The notes under the pieces are model-generated. The model was not told the origin of the DNA and did no database searches. It saw only the letters and a program-made list of their open reading frames with translations. The translations under genes and the position numbers were made by a program. This document shows positions 28,286-37,416 of a stretch of DNA of 64,000 nt, piece after piece (positions within the stretch are counted from its first letter, which is position 1; each line of letters starts with the position of its first letter). The stretch covers positions 124,001-188,000 of the IMG/VR virus record IMGVR_UViG_3300042923_000281; one strand, given 5' to 3'.

Positions 28286-28650
28286 GCCATGTTCTCCAGC
28301 AGTTCAGCAAAACGGCTGTTGAGTTTGACGATGTCCTCCTTCTCAAAGATCAGGAACTGGACTTCATCCCCGTCGTAGCAACCGTCACGACCAGTGTAAT
28401 GGAAGTCAGTGGGTACCGACATAGTCGGATCACGTTCCATTTTGTGGATGTTGTCCCACAGCTCATCCGAACCACCGCACTCCATGGCACCGCAACCCGA
28501 GATGGCGTCGTAGTTCCAGTCGTTGTGGTTTTGACCTTCACAGTGCGGGTACTTGATGTTGATGCCTTCCTCAGGCGACCCCTTGTGGACCTTGGAGTAC
28601 AGGACTTGGCCAGGAAGGGCTAAGAACTCTGCACGGTTAACAATGCGCAT
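28282..28650 (-). CDS. conserved phage hypothetical protein
   Basis: MRIVNR..FL.LP...LYS.. and RDG..D...F.IFE..D pattern; GGAG RBS. Confidence 0.75.
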   Translation of the reverse strand: MRIVNRAEFLALPGQVLYSKVHKGSPEEGINIKYPHCEGQNHNDWNYDAISGCGAMECGGSDELWDNIHKMERDPTMSVPTDFHYTGRDGCYDGDEVQFLIFEKEDIVKLNSRFAELLENMA

Positions 28651-28967
28651 TTCAACTCCTTAACAAGTCGTTCTGCTTCAGCGTTCATCTCGTCTGTCAT
28701 GTCACAATCAACATAACTCGCGTAACCACGCCAAGACTGCTTGTCTTCATCGAAGTCATCCAGTCGACGTTCAATGGTTTCACGCAGCGGTTCATAGACA
28801 GCCAAGATAGGAGCGAACTGCTCCTTGGTCAGGCGAGGACGCTCAGGGATGTTCCCAAGCGCCTCCGCGAACCCTAGGCTGATGTTGTTCTCGGGAGCTT
28901 CATCGACAACGAGGTTCCATTGCCATGCGACGAAGTCCTCAAGGGTGTACCCAGGGATACTGCTCAT
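28620..28967 (-). CDS. hypothetical protein
   Basis: 115 aa ORF with RBS. Confidence 0.7.
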   Translation of the reverse strand: MSSIPGYTLEDFVAWQWNLVVDEAPENNISLGFAEALGNIPERPRLTKEQFAPILAVYEPLRETIERRLDDFDEDKQSWRGYASYVDCDMTDEMNAEAERLVKELKCALLTVQSS

Positions 28968-28976
28968 AACGATCCC

Positions 28977-29459
28977 TCAGTCCATTGGCTCTTCTTCGTC
29001 TACCGGACCACCATCTGGGTCAGGCATGTTGATGCCGTCCAGACGAGAACTGGCTGCAAAGTTACGCAGCTTGTTACGCTCGAAAGCGCCGGAGGTACCG
29101 GTGTTGCCCTGGTAGCCACCGCCATTACCAGTAGGACGATCTTGCACCGGGTCTGGGTTGATCAGCCACTGCGAGAACGCCTTACCGAAGTCCTGCGGTT
29201 GATCGTCTTCCTTCTTGTTCTCCAGCAGAACACCAGTCGGAGTGACGATGCTGTAACCTTCCTCACTCAGCTGACTGAGCATGCCTTGAACGCCCGCACC
29301 CACACCGAGGTTGTAGATGAACATGCCTTCTTCGGTGACCGGGAATTGTTCTTCACCACGGATGTCGCGAAAGATACCCGTGGTCTGATTACCGTCATGT
29401 GCAGCTTCGCACTCGGCACGATGCGCAGTGACGAACAAGTCTCGAAGTTCTTTGCTCAT
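28977..29459 (-). CDS. hypothetical protein
   Basis: Start MSKELRD via TAATG overlap. Confidence 0.75.
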   Translation of the reverse strand: MSKELRDLFVTAHRAECEAAHDGNQTTGIFRDIRGEEQFPVTEEGMFIYNLGVGAGVQGMLSQLSEEGYSIVTPTGVLLENKKEDDQPQDFGKAFSQWLINPDPVQDRPTGNGGGYQGNTGTSGAFERNKLRNFAASSRLDGINMPDPDGGPVDEEEPMD

Positions 29460-30391
29460 TACTTCAACTCCCAAAGCGGTTTGAGTTTCAGGTCCGTAAC
29501 GAACCCTTGGTTGTGGCGGACAGACATCAGATCCTCGTACGTGATCAAAACACCGCCGCAATACTTGATGATGTAATGATGGAAGTCGTTAGTCCGATCG
29601 AACTTCGGCTGATCTTTCAGACCCCATACACACCCTGCCGCATGACGACCATGGCGAGAACGCAGTTCTCTGAACACGTGATCACGCAACGGACCGCCCC
29701 ATGGAATCATGCCTTCCAGACGAGCTTTTTCGTGATAAGCAATGACGCCTTCACAATCGCCCTGATTGGTCCACCAGATGAACTCGCCAGCAGGATCAAG
29801 ATCTAAAGCATGTGCTGGATCTTTTAAGATTGACCGCGGTCCAGTCCACGCTTCGGCCAGTTGACTGAAGCGCTCCATGTCAACACTGCTGTTTACAACC
29901 GCATTGAAGACGCGGATCTGGTTGGAGTACCAGATGAACTCAGCTTGTTGTTGGTCACGGATCTCTTGAGGTCCTTCGAGCCACAGATGATGGAAGCGCC
30001 GATCAATGAGACGACGGACACCAAAGTCCAGACGACTCATCAGTACCATGGCATCACGGTTATCGACCAGCGTGAACTCATCGGAGTACTTGCGCTGAGC
30101 TTTCAAGAAGGCGAACATCTCATCAAGACGTTCTTCCGTGTCCTTGTCCATGATCTCTAAGGTTTCTAGAGTCCAGTTGGGCAGTTCTTCGAGAATGAAC
30201 GCATGCAAGTCATCCTGCTGCTTCTGCATCACCGCCACATTTTCAGAAGGGTCGGTGTTCAGTCCTTTGCAGTAGTCGGTGATGAACGTGATTACGTCAC
30301 CCCAGACATGTACCGCATTCTTCTTACGGCTGACAAACTCATGATGGAGTTCTTGCTTCTTCCAGTTCAACGCATAAATGGCGTACGACAT
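29459..30391 (-). CDS. hypothetical protein
   Basis: 310 aa; N-terminus MSYAIYAL similar to the next gene. Confidence 0.8.
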   Translation of the reverse strand: MSYAIYALNWKKQELHHEFVSRKKNAVHVWGDVITFITDYCKGLNTDPSENVAVMQKQQDDLHAFILEELPNWTLETLEIMDKDTEERLDEMFAFLKAQRKYSDEFTLVDNRDAMVLMSRLDFGVRRLIDRRFHHLWLEGPQEIRDQQQAEFIWYSNQIRVFNAVVNSSVDMERFSQLAEAWTGPRSILKDPAHALDLDPAGEFIWWTNQGDCEGVIAYHEKARLEGMIPWGGPLRDHVFRELRSRHGRHAAGCVWGLKDQPKFDRTNDFHHYIIKYCGGVLITYEDLMSVRHNQGFVTDLKLKPLWELK

Positions 30392-30392
30392 G

Positions 30393-31037
30393 TCAAGCTT
30401 CCTTTTGCGATGGGTGGGCCACGATGCGCATCGTGTTCAAGAAGTCCACGTACGCCGTGACGGCCGTTTGCAGTTCACGGATGGCATCCCCTTGAAAGCT
30501 CAGCATCGAGTAGGAGACACACTGCTTGGACTTGCGGTCCACCTCGTTGATCAGGTGATTGAGTTCCTGTACCCGGCCACGTGGGTTGCTCGCCATCGCC
30601 AAGGCGCGAGTGACTTCGGCATCACGCACGATCTCACGGGCTTCGTCGATCAAGTCGCACACCGATGGCGGCAACATGGCAACGCATTCCAACGCACACC
30701 CGGCGAACATGGTGTCCAGCTCACCGTGCTTGTGATCGAGATCGATCTCACGGAATGAACGGGCCACTTCCATGTCAGGATCGTGACCAGCGATGGGTTC
30801 CATTTCCGTGGTGTACATCAGTTCCAAGTCGTCAGGGACCCGACGATCCAGCTTCTCTTGAAGGCGATCAGCGAGGAACTTGAACAGGTCCACTTTGACT
30901 TCCAACGTGGTCTTGCCAAACGTAAAGAAGCGACTGTCATGGACACCCGACGACAGAAGACCGGTGTCAGTTGGGAAGGCATCCAGACCGAGTGCGGCAG
31001 GGTGGTGAGCTTTGAGTAGGTAGATACCGTACGACAT
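30393..31037 (-). CDS. hypothetical protein
   Basis: 214 aa; N-terminus MSYGIYLL. Confidence 0.8.
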   Translation of the reverse strand: MSYGIYLLKAHHPAALGLDAFPTDTGLLSSGVHDSRFFTFGKTTLEVKVDLFKFLADRLQEKLDRRVPDDLELMYTTEMEPIAGHDPDMEVARSFREIDLDHKHGELDTMFAGCALECVAMLPPSVCDLIDEAREIVRDAEVTRALAMASNPRGRVQELNHLINEVDRKSKQCVSYSMLSFQGDAIRELQTAVTAYVDFLNTMRIVAHPSQKEA

Positions 31038-31055
31038 GGTGAGGTTCCTAGGTGT

Positions 31056-31727
31056 TTATTCGGTGGGTTTCGGCTCAGGCCATTCAAGATCGAGGGGCTT
31101 GCCGTCACGACGGTTGTAGCGCTCGACAGTCTGCTTTAAGTAGTCCAGCAGTACAAAGCACTGCTCTGCATAAAACGTCACCACCATGCGCTCTGTGAGC
31201 GACTGGAGGATGATGGTGATGGTACTGCCATCGATCACCGAGCAGTTGTACTTAAAGCCCATGTCTTTCTGAGCAAAGAACATGATGCAATGAAACGGTA
31301 AGGCAGGGTTGTTTGCCCCATCTCCCAAGCTGTTGGTGAAGTTCTCCAGCAACGTTAGGCAGTCCACATCGGTTTTCTGCACGTCCCACAGACGGGTACT
31401 GACTTCGATCTTGCCAACCAAAGGGAACACATTGTCCTTCTTCGGGATGCGGCAATTATAGAAGTCGATCACCCACGATCCGGGCTCTTGAGGTGGATCA
31501 ACGGGAACTACAGCGGACAACCACCAGTCGGTGGTGTTTGGCATGTCAAGGTAACCTGCCCAGCCAGCGCAGATGCTCTGACCAGATAGCGGATACAGGA
31601 ACCCCGGGACGAACGTCATGTCCGCAACCTTCTTGGCATAGCCTTTCAGGTACGTCCGCTGCTTGGCTGAGGCTTCTTCAACCTTGCGACTGTTGAACGC
31701 CATGAAGTCAGTTACGTTGCTCATCAT
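31056..31727 (-). CDS. hypothetical protein
   Basis: 223 aa ORF in operon. Confidence 0.75.
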   Translation of the reverse strand: MMSNVTDFMAFNSRKVEEASAKQRTYLKGYAKKVADMTFVPGFLYPLSGQSICAGWAGYLDMPNTTDWWLSAVVPVDPPQEPGSWVIDFYNCRIPKKDNVFPLVGKIEVSTRLWDVQKTDVDCLTLLENFTNSLGDGANNPALPFHCIMFFAQKDMGFKYNCSVIDGSTITIILQSLTERMVVTFYAEQCFVLLDYLKQTVERYNRRDGKPLDLEWPEPKPTE

Positions 31728-32655
31728 CCACCTCTGGAGTCAGCTCCTGCACGTAGCCTGTGTCGTAACCTTCCTCGCCGGGCAAGATGTTGTTCTTGTC
31801 ACCGACGAAGACTTGCATGTAACGTTTCATGCCAGCATTCATCGCCCCCAGTAGGCGCGTGGTAGCCACAGGACCCATGACCTGCTCAGTAGCGACTGCT
31901 TTAAGAGGTTCGCCACCAGGACCGACTGTGTAGCCAGGGATCGTGAACGGGATGTTCTCAATGAAACCACCCGTTTCAATGGCCCACTTGGTGAGTTGTG
32001 CCAACATTGCACCGGAGTTCGGACCAGCGTTGACAATCAACACTTCGTAACCGAGTTTGCCTTGAGCGCCGTACGTGTAAGAGTACGACCTCCAAGTGTC
32101 CTTCGGGTCATTGGAAGTGACGTTCTGAACAGCGAAGCCTTGTTCCGCAGTCGCCATGTCCTGATTGCGCTTGAACCAGCTCTTGAACAAGGCCATCTTC
32201 TTCGTTTCGAAGCTACCGGCCTTGTGGTCGCCCATCCAGCGGAAGTAGGTCTGACGGTCGAAGTTCACATCGGTGATGAGCGGGGAACGGTAGCCTGTAG
32301 CGTACAGTTCACGCTCGTACACCGACATGGCATTGAACTGCTCATCGCCAATGGCCTGCTGCAATCGCCGCATGCAATCAGGAGTAGGCACCAATTCAGC
32401 CTTCGGGTCGGCTTTCATGAAGAACCAGTCGAAGTAGCGGTCGATGTTGTCCGGGATCACTTCGGCATCACTGACTTCATTGACCATGCCACTGGAGATC
32501 AAGGTTTCAAGGAAGATCTCCTTGCGCTCGTCCAAGGTTTCCTTACGAGCGATGCCGTGGCGCTGGAACGTTTCCCATTTCTCGTAGACATCGAGCGTGC
32601 CATCGACGACGAAGACGAGGAAACCCCAGATAGAGATGTAGGTGTTAGTTTCCAT
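31708..32655 (-). CDS. protein with C-terminal DUF4262-like domain
   Basis: YSYTYG....GYEVLIV ... QVFVGDKNNILPGEEGYD pattern. Confidence 0.55.
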   Translation of the reverse strand: METNTYISIWGFLVFVVDGTLDVYEKWETFQRHGIARKETLDERKEIFLETLISSGMVNEVSDAEVIPDNIDRYFDWFFMKADPKAELVPTPDCMRRLQQAIGDEQFNAMSVYERELYATGYRSPLITDVNFDRQTYFRWMGDHKAGSFETKKMALFKSWFKRNQDMATAEQGFAVQNVTSNDPKDTWRSYSYTYGAQGKLGYEVLIVNAGPNSGAMLAQLTKWAIETGGFIENIPFTIPGYTVGPGGEPLKAVATEQVMGPVATTRLLGAMNAGMKRYMQVFVGDKNNILPGEEGYDTGYVQELTPEVDDEQRN

Positions 32656-32663
32656 GATGGACC

Positions 32664-33443
32664 TCAGCGATAGGTGATGGAGTTTTTATCCAGACAGGTG
32701 ATCAAGTCACGGTAAGCTGCGTTGAAGTAGACCACCGAGTCATGGTCACTGAACATCGCTTTCATCGGACCATCGCGGAACTTCTCGAAGTAATCGACCG
32801 CGTCTTTGGCGTCGTACAGCTTGATCTCGTCCGGAATGATTCCAATGGCCGTTGGGTAGCGGTGATCACCCTGATACCCGGCGATGATTGCAGGGCCTTG
32901 CCAACCGCCCTCAATCCAACCTAGATCGGTGAACAACTTGATACACGGATGCAAGGTGTTGTTCGACTTGATGAACATCATGGGCTCTGGGGCCGTGATA
33001 AGTCGCGCGGTTGCACCGATTTTCTGTGTCAGGTCTTCCATGCGGCCGGCGAGGTTATGGCACTCGTCGATGTCTTCAATCCAATCGCCTGGTGTTTCGA
33101 TTTCATCCCAAGTTTGAGGAATGTATTCCGGTGGGACTGGAACGTAATCCAAGTGACGATGGAAGTCATCAGGCATGTGTGACAACACATAGGCGTTTAC
33201 GTAGTTGCCTTCCGGGTTCTGGTGATACAGCTTCCGAGCATCAACGTAGTTGAAGCACTTCCCGCGAAGGATGATGTATTCATTACGTTTGAGGTTTTTG
33301 ACAGCCGTAGCAATGGCGGCTAAGTCCATGACCGGTTCAGACTGAGGAACAGGTTCAGAAGGCATACGGGCAGGTGGAGTCACAATTACCTCGACGTCAG
33401 GGAGCATACCAAGTTTCTTGAGAACAACGGCGAACCAATTCAT
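32664..33443 (-). CDS. hypothetical protein
   Basis: 259 aa; first gene after a promoter motif. Confidence 0.8.
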   Translation of the reverse strand: MNWFAVVLKKLGMLPDVEVIVTPPARMPSEPVPQSEPVMDLAAIATAVKNLKRNEYIILRGKCFNYVDARKLYHQNPEGNYVNAYVLSHMPDDFHRHLDYVPVPPEYIPQTWDEIETPGDWIEDIDECHNLAGRMEDLTQKIGATARLITAPEPMMFIKSNNTLHPCIKLFTDLGWIEGGWQGPAIIAGYQGDHRYPTAIGIIPDEIKLYDAKDAVDYFEKFRDGPMKAMFSDHDSVVYFNAAYRDLITCLDKNSITYR

Positions 33444-33475
33444 TGTCTTTCCTAGAGGGTTAGGGATTCACCGCA

Positions 33476-33483
33476 ATAATGTA
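33476..33483 (-). promoter_or_regulatory. putative early promoter TACATTAT
   Basis: GGCAATACATTAT identical to the 8789 site. Confidence 0.6.
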
Positions 33484-33501
33484 TTGCCGTAATAAAGTTG
33501 A

Positions 33502-33780
33502 CTAGCGTCGCTCGTCATGGACTTTGTCAAGGGTGATGATATCGCTCACCCCGTACGTCTCAAACCGACGAAGCAGATGTAGGTAACGCTCAGTAATTTC
33601 CTTCTGTTGAGTGAAGCGTGTAAAGACAGGGTCGCCTTCGGTCGTTGGTTGAAGGATGGTCGTGTAGTACTTCAAGTCCTCTTCAAGGTCAAAAAAAGAT
33701 TGGCCCTTCAAGGGATGACGGAGCATCTCTTCGTGTTGTGCTGGGGTGAGAGGTCCGGATTCTTCGGGATCGTTGTTCAT
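33502..33780 (-). CDS. hypothetical protein
   Basis: 92 aa; ATGA overlap and GAGGA RBS. Confidence 0.7.
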   Translation of the reverse strand: MNNDPEESGPLTPAQHEEMLRHPLKGQSFFDLEEDLKYYTTILQPTTEGDPVFTRFTQQKEITERYLHLLRRFETYGVSDIITLDKVHDERR

Positions 33781-34238
33781 GGCTGGTTCCTCTGGAAAAT
33801 GTCATTGCGTGCTGCTTTGGCTAAGTCATCATCAAGTTCCTTACGGACGTCGAAAAACGTGTACGCCATTACGCCACATGCAAGCCATGGTCCTTCCATG
33901 CGCTCGATGGAGTACACACCTAGCCGGTGCATGGTTTCTTTAAAGATAGCCTGAAGTTCGTCTGTTCGCCCGGCAGGGAGGTCGTGTTCAAACTTGGCAC
34001 CTGGCGGAATAGCGTTCTCAAACACCAGTACCATGTTCGGTGAATCAACCAGCTCATCACGGATCTGAACATGGACAATTTGCACATCAGGGACTTCGGT
34101 CTTTACCTTGTAGAAATGTTGAGTGCCTTGTGTTGTCTTACCGACAAGTACTGGATCGAAACCACGATACTCGAGGATCAGCTCGTCGGATATATCGGGT
34201 TCCTTACCAAAGGCAACAATGCTCATGTTGAAAGCCAT
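33777..34238 (-). CDS. hypothetical protein
   Basis: Start re-chosen at MAFNMS with AGGAGG RBS. Confidence 0.75.
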   Translation of the reverse strand: MAFNMSIVAFGKEPDISDELILEYRGFDPVLVGKTTQGTQHFYKVKTEVPDVQIVHVQIRDELVDSPNMVLVFENAIPPGAKFEHDLPAGRTDELQAIFKETMHRLGVYSIERMEGPWLACGVMAYTFFDVRKELDDDLAKAARNDIFQRNQP

Positions 34239-34287
34239 ACAGCCTCCTATCGGGATATAAGCCCCGAGGCGAACCCCGGGGCATTGG

Positions 34288-34491
34288 TTACGGATTTGAA
34301 AATTGCTTGAGGAACACTGACTCAGCAATAACCCAGATCTCACCGATTGGACTATCGTGAGTAGGTTCCAGATTGGTGTAAACAACCATCGGCCATGAAC
34401 AGTCTTGTCCGTGTTTACCACGATGAAGCACCTTAAACCGAAGACCTGACGGAGAAAGGTATTCGTGATCCTTTTCAACTTCAGAAAGCAC
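34288..34491 (-). CDS. DUF1653-like small protein
   Basis: G.RFKVL..GKH....PMVVY.NL......IWV.....FL..F pattern. Confidence 0.55.
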   Translation of the reverse strand: MLSEVEKDHEYLSPSGLRFKVLHRGKHGQDCSWPMVVYTNLEPTHDSPIGEIWVIAESVFLKQFSNP

Positions 34492-34796
34492 TACGGGTAC
34501 GTCACGACAGTGTGGAAGAAACGCTCATCAAAGTCGTTTTGTTTAGCGGTAGCGAGTGCGTGTTTAATGTCGCGAGGCGTGACGACCCGATTGGTCTCGA
34601 TGCCCGCACACGCTTGCTCCTGAGTGGCCACGACATACTGACCATTCAACTGGTACGCTAACTCACCCAGAGTATCGAGTGGTTCAGGCGCAGTGGTGGC
34701 GATGAGGTCAGGGATGTTCGCAATAGCAGGACCTGCCACGAGAGCACCAGCGCCCAGACCTAACAGACCTAAGAATTCACGCCGATTGGGTTTCAT
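34491..34796 (-). CDS. small protein with twin-arginine (Tat) signal peptide
   Basis: MKPNRREFLGLLGLGAGALVAGPAIA. Confidence 0.7.
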   Translation of the reverse strand: MKPNRREFLGLLGLGAGALVAGPAIANIPDLIATTAPEPLDTLGELAYQLNGQYVVATQEQACAGIETNRVVTPRDIKHALATAKQNDFDERFFHTVVTYP

Positions 34797-35115
34797 CGAG
34801 TGGGGCCTCTTCATGGAAAGCTTCGTCTTCGGCAGTCGGAACATCAACTGTCTTGGACTCGTCTTGCTGCTTGCGCACTGCCTGTTCGGTGAAGTACACC
34901 GCAGCCTCATGCGAACCCAGCTTGGTCAGCAGGTTGCGCTCTTCGTCCTTCGGGTCTTTCTTGGCCAGGTTCAGGCTGATCAACTCGCGCATGCCGGGTT
35001 TATTCGGCAGGTCAGCTTTGGCCAATGGGCCTTTGTTGAACAACGCAGTGAACACGGCCAGAGCGTCATCGCTCATGGTGTACGCACGGACCTGATTGAC
35101 ATTCTTCTCAGACAT
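34777..35115 (-). CDS. hypothetical protein, possible winged helix
   Basis: Start MSEKNV; ALFNKGPL...LP.KPGMRELI..NLA. Confidence 0.65.
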   Translation of the reverse strand: MSEKNVNQVRAYTMSDDALAVFTALFNKGPLAKADLPNKPGMRELISLNLAKKDPKDEERNLLTKLGSHEAAVYFTEQAVRKQQDESKTVDVPTAEDEAFHEEAPLDETQSA

Positions 35116-35833
35116 CGGGTGTTCCTTTTTCTTTCGCGTATTCTTGAAGCCGTACAAGGTAACGGGGAGCGTAAATGTCCCAGATAGCACGACCGGTTAC
35201 TGTGAAGAGCTCTGCGGATTCCATGAACTTGGATTGTCCGACCAGCATCTCTTCATAGGTCACGTCACGTTTCGCCGCTACCTGTATCTCAGCACGGAGG
35301 TCTTCCATGACGAGGGTAGGATCAAGACTGACAGTCGCATAAAGGACATCGCAATCCCGCATGACCATCTCCAGCTTGTTGCGCGGAGGGATCACAAACG
35401 GAAACTCGGTGCACTCGATGGCGCTATCAATGACTTCAACGACGCGACTTGGCAAACTATAACCGTTGCGTGCAATTAACTCCGCGACGAACTCACGGGT
35501 ACTGAGGACGTTGTAGTGGTCGTTGTCCTTGCCAGCTGAATGACCGTAGTCGTGCAACAAGGTGACGAACATCAACGCCACGTACGCCCAATCACCGCCA
35601 AGGCCGAGGTCTTCACCTTCAGCCTCCCACATGACCTGAGCAATGCTCCAGACACCCTCCATGTGTGCGTTGTTGTGATAAGGTACATTGGCCGAAGGGT
35701 TGCCTTTCAGCACCTCGAGCAACTTACCTTCCAAACGAGACATGAAATGGTTCAGAGCAGGCATCTTGACGCACACCTGCTCATGTTGCCTCATGCTCGC
35801 AAGGATTGTTTCAAGAGGGAACGTGGCTTTCAT
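35108..35833 (-). CDS. HD-superfamily phosphohydrolase (PDEase-like)
   Basis: NVPYHNNAH ... LLHDYGH ... IECTEFP ... MRDCD metal-binding motifs. Confidence 0.8.
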   Translation of the reverse strand: MKATFPLETILASMRQHEQVCVKMPALNHFMSRLEGKLLEVLKGNPSANVPYHNNAHMEGVWSIAQVMWEAEGEDLGLGGDWAYVALMFVTLLHDYGHSAGKDNDHYNVLSTREFVAELIARNGYSLPSRVVEVIDSAIECTEFPFVIPPRNKLEMVMRDCDVLYATVSLDPTLVMEDLRAEIQVAAKRDVTYEEMLVGQSKFMESAELFTVTGRAIWDIYAPRYLVRLQEYAKEKGTPDV

Positions 35834-36051
35834 CAGAACCTCTTCATCTTTCCATCACGACCGCGTTGATAGAAAGGCTGCACACGAAGCTTTTTGTTCG
35901 TGCGTTCGCCTTGGTCATTGGGATGATCGCCATGGAAACGATCGTCACAGCACGGATCTGGACCTAAGTCCAACTCTCCGTAAAGTGCGAGGAGATCATC
36001 CGTGTTACGTGACTTCCCCCGGAAGTGACCGATATGAACATCGCTAAACAT
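35833..36051 (-). CDS. small protein starting with a metallophosphoesterase-like FSDVHIGH motif (possible remnant)
   Basis: AAGGAG RBS; DxH motif I only, 72 aa. Confidence 0.55.
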   Translation of the reverse strand: MFSDVHIGHFRGKSRNTDDLLALYGELDLGPDPCCDDRFHGDHPNDQGERTNKKLRVQPFYQRGRDGKMKRF

Positions 36052-36063
36052 GGTTCAGCTCCT

Positions 36064-36552
36064 TCAATGGTTGCTGTAGATGACGCGTTCTACCCCGACC
36101 GCCCTCAACTGCTCGAACCACATGCGGTAGGCAGGTTTGAGGTGCTCGGTCCATGTGACTTTCTCGTCACCGTAACCAGTGTTAACGAGTTCTTTATCGA
36201 AGTCGTACGCCAACATCTCGTCGAGCATGACCCAACTGATGCTGCTGCGGTACTCGTCCTCGAACAGTTCTTTGATCTCGTCGTCTGCATCTTCCGGAAG
36301 ACCGCGCTTGGCCCACGGAGCATACTCGTCAGGCTCACAGTACTCGCCCGGAGACTGAAAGTCTTGACGCTTGGCAGACAGGATACCCAGTCGCTCAAGG
36401 TTGATACCCATGGATTTGTCGATCTTGTCCATCTGATCCAGCTTACCGTAGTGATGCGGGAGTTCAGGGTCGTAACCCAATCCTTCAGGCAGGACGATGA
36501 ACCACTTGTCACCGATCTTGCGCTGACAGACGATCTGAGTGTACGTACCCAT
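36064..36552 (-). CDS. conserved phage hypothetical protein
   Basis: MGT.....RGLPED....S.SW..L.E...YD pattern. Confidence 0.75.
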   Translation of the reverse strand: MGTYTQIVCQRKIGDKWFIVLPEGLGYDPELPHHYGKLDQMDKIDKSMGINLERLGILSAKRQDFQSPGEYCEPDEYAPWAKRGLPEDADDEIKELFEDEYRSSISWVMLDEMLAYDFDKELVNTGYGDEKVTWTEHLKPAYRMWFEQLRAVGVERVIYSNH

Positions 36553-37061
36553 CAGACTGCTCCTTCAGGCGCCGGTGGCACGTAGAACGGATTGCGTTCA
36601 CGGCTTACAGCGCCGTCACGGGCGACCTGGATGTACGGGGCGTCTTCGATCTTCTCAGGAACTGGTTCACGGAACCAACCTTCTTTGAGAGCGGCCAGCA
36701 TCGCATCAATGCCTTTGACCTGCTGCGCATAGAGCGTACCGCGTTCACGACGCCAGAGCACAATGCTGAAGTGCTTGTCGAAGGTTTCGAGATCAACCTC
36801 GAACTCTTGGTAAACCAAGCGAGGGCCTTTGTAGTCTTTATATGGACCGTCCGGCACATGCAAGAAGATGTCTTGAAGGTGATTGTCGCGGTTGTAATCG
36901 GTGAAGAGGACGTGAGCCACGCCGTCTACGGTGACAGGAACCACAGCCCGATCTGCATCACCTACCTTTGACAGCTGAGGCGTGACGATCAAACGGAACC
37001 CTTCATGAAAACACATAAAACGATGGCGGTCTTCATCGAGTATCGAACGAAGTTTCAGCAT
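36552..37061 (-). CDS. hypothetical protein
   Basis: 169 aa ORF in operon. Confidence 0.75.
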   Translation of the reverse strand: MLKLRSILDEDRHRFMCFHEGFRLIVTPQLSKVGDADRAVVPVTVDGVAHVLFTDYNRDNHLQDIFLHVPDGPYKDYKGPRLVYQEFEVDLETFDKHFSIVLWRRERGTLYAQQVKGIDAMLAALKEGWFREPVPEKIEDAPYIQVARDGAVSRERNPFYVPPAPEGAV

Positions 37062-37062
37062 G

Positions 37063-37263
37063 TCACTTCTCCTCAGGAATGGGCTCTTCGCACTTCTTCA
37101 CGGTCAGTTCGTAGAGATCAGCAGCAGCATCAACGATCTCACGCCGACCACGGGTGCCGTCAGAACCGATGTCTTGTCCACGACCACTCAAACGAGCGTT
37201 CAGGATGTACTGCAACATGAAGTCGCGTTTGGTAGGATTGACCTGCGTGTTCGAAGTAGCCAT
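37063..37263 (-). CDS. small hypothetical protein
   Basis: 66 aa with AAGGA RBS. Confidence 0.7.
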   Translation of the reverse strand: MATSNTQVNPTKRDFMLQYILNARLSGRGQDIGSDGTRGRREIVDAAADLYELTVKKCEEPIPEEK

Positions 37264-37272
37264 GAATCTTCC

Positions 37273-37416
37273 TTAATGAAGCTTGCCAGCCCGCTTGAGC
37301 TGGATAGCGGTGATCTGGTCTTTAGCTTTTTCGATGTCAGGGAGGATAGACCGATTGCCCTCCCTCCACCGTGCCCACCGCTCTTCAGCAGTGGGCGGCT
37401 TCTTGGCAGACGCCAT
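37273..37416 (-). CDS. 47-aa basic microprotein
   Basis: Hand-translated MASAKKPPTAEERWARWREGNRSILPDIEKAKDQITAIQLKRAGKLH; TAATG-coupled and fills the gap exactly. Confidence 0.65.
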   Translation of the reverse strand: MASAKKPPTAEERWARWREGNRSILPDIEKAKDQITAIQLKRAGKLH

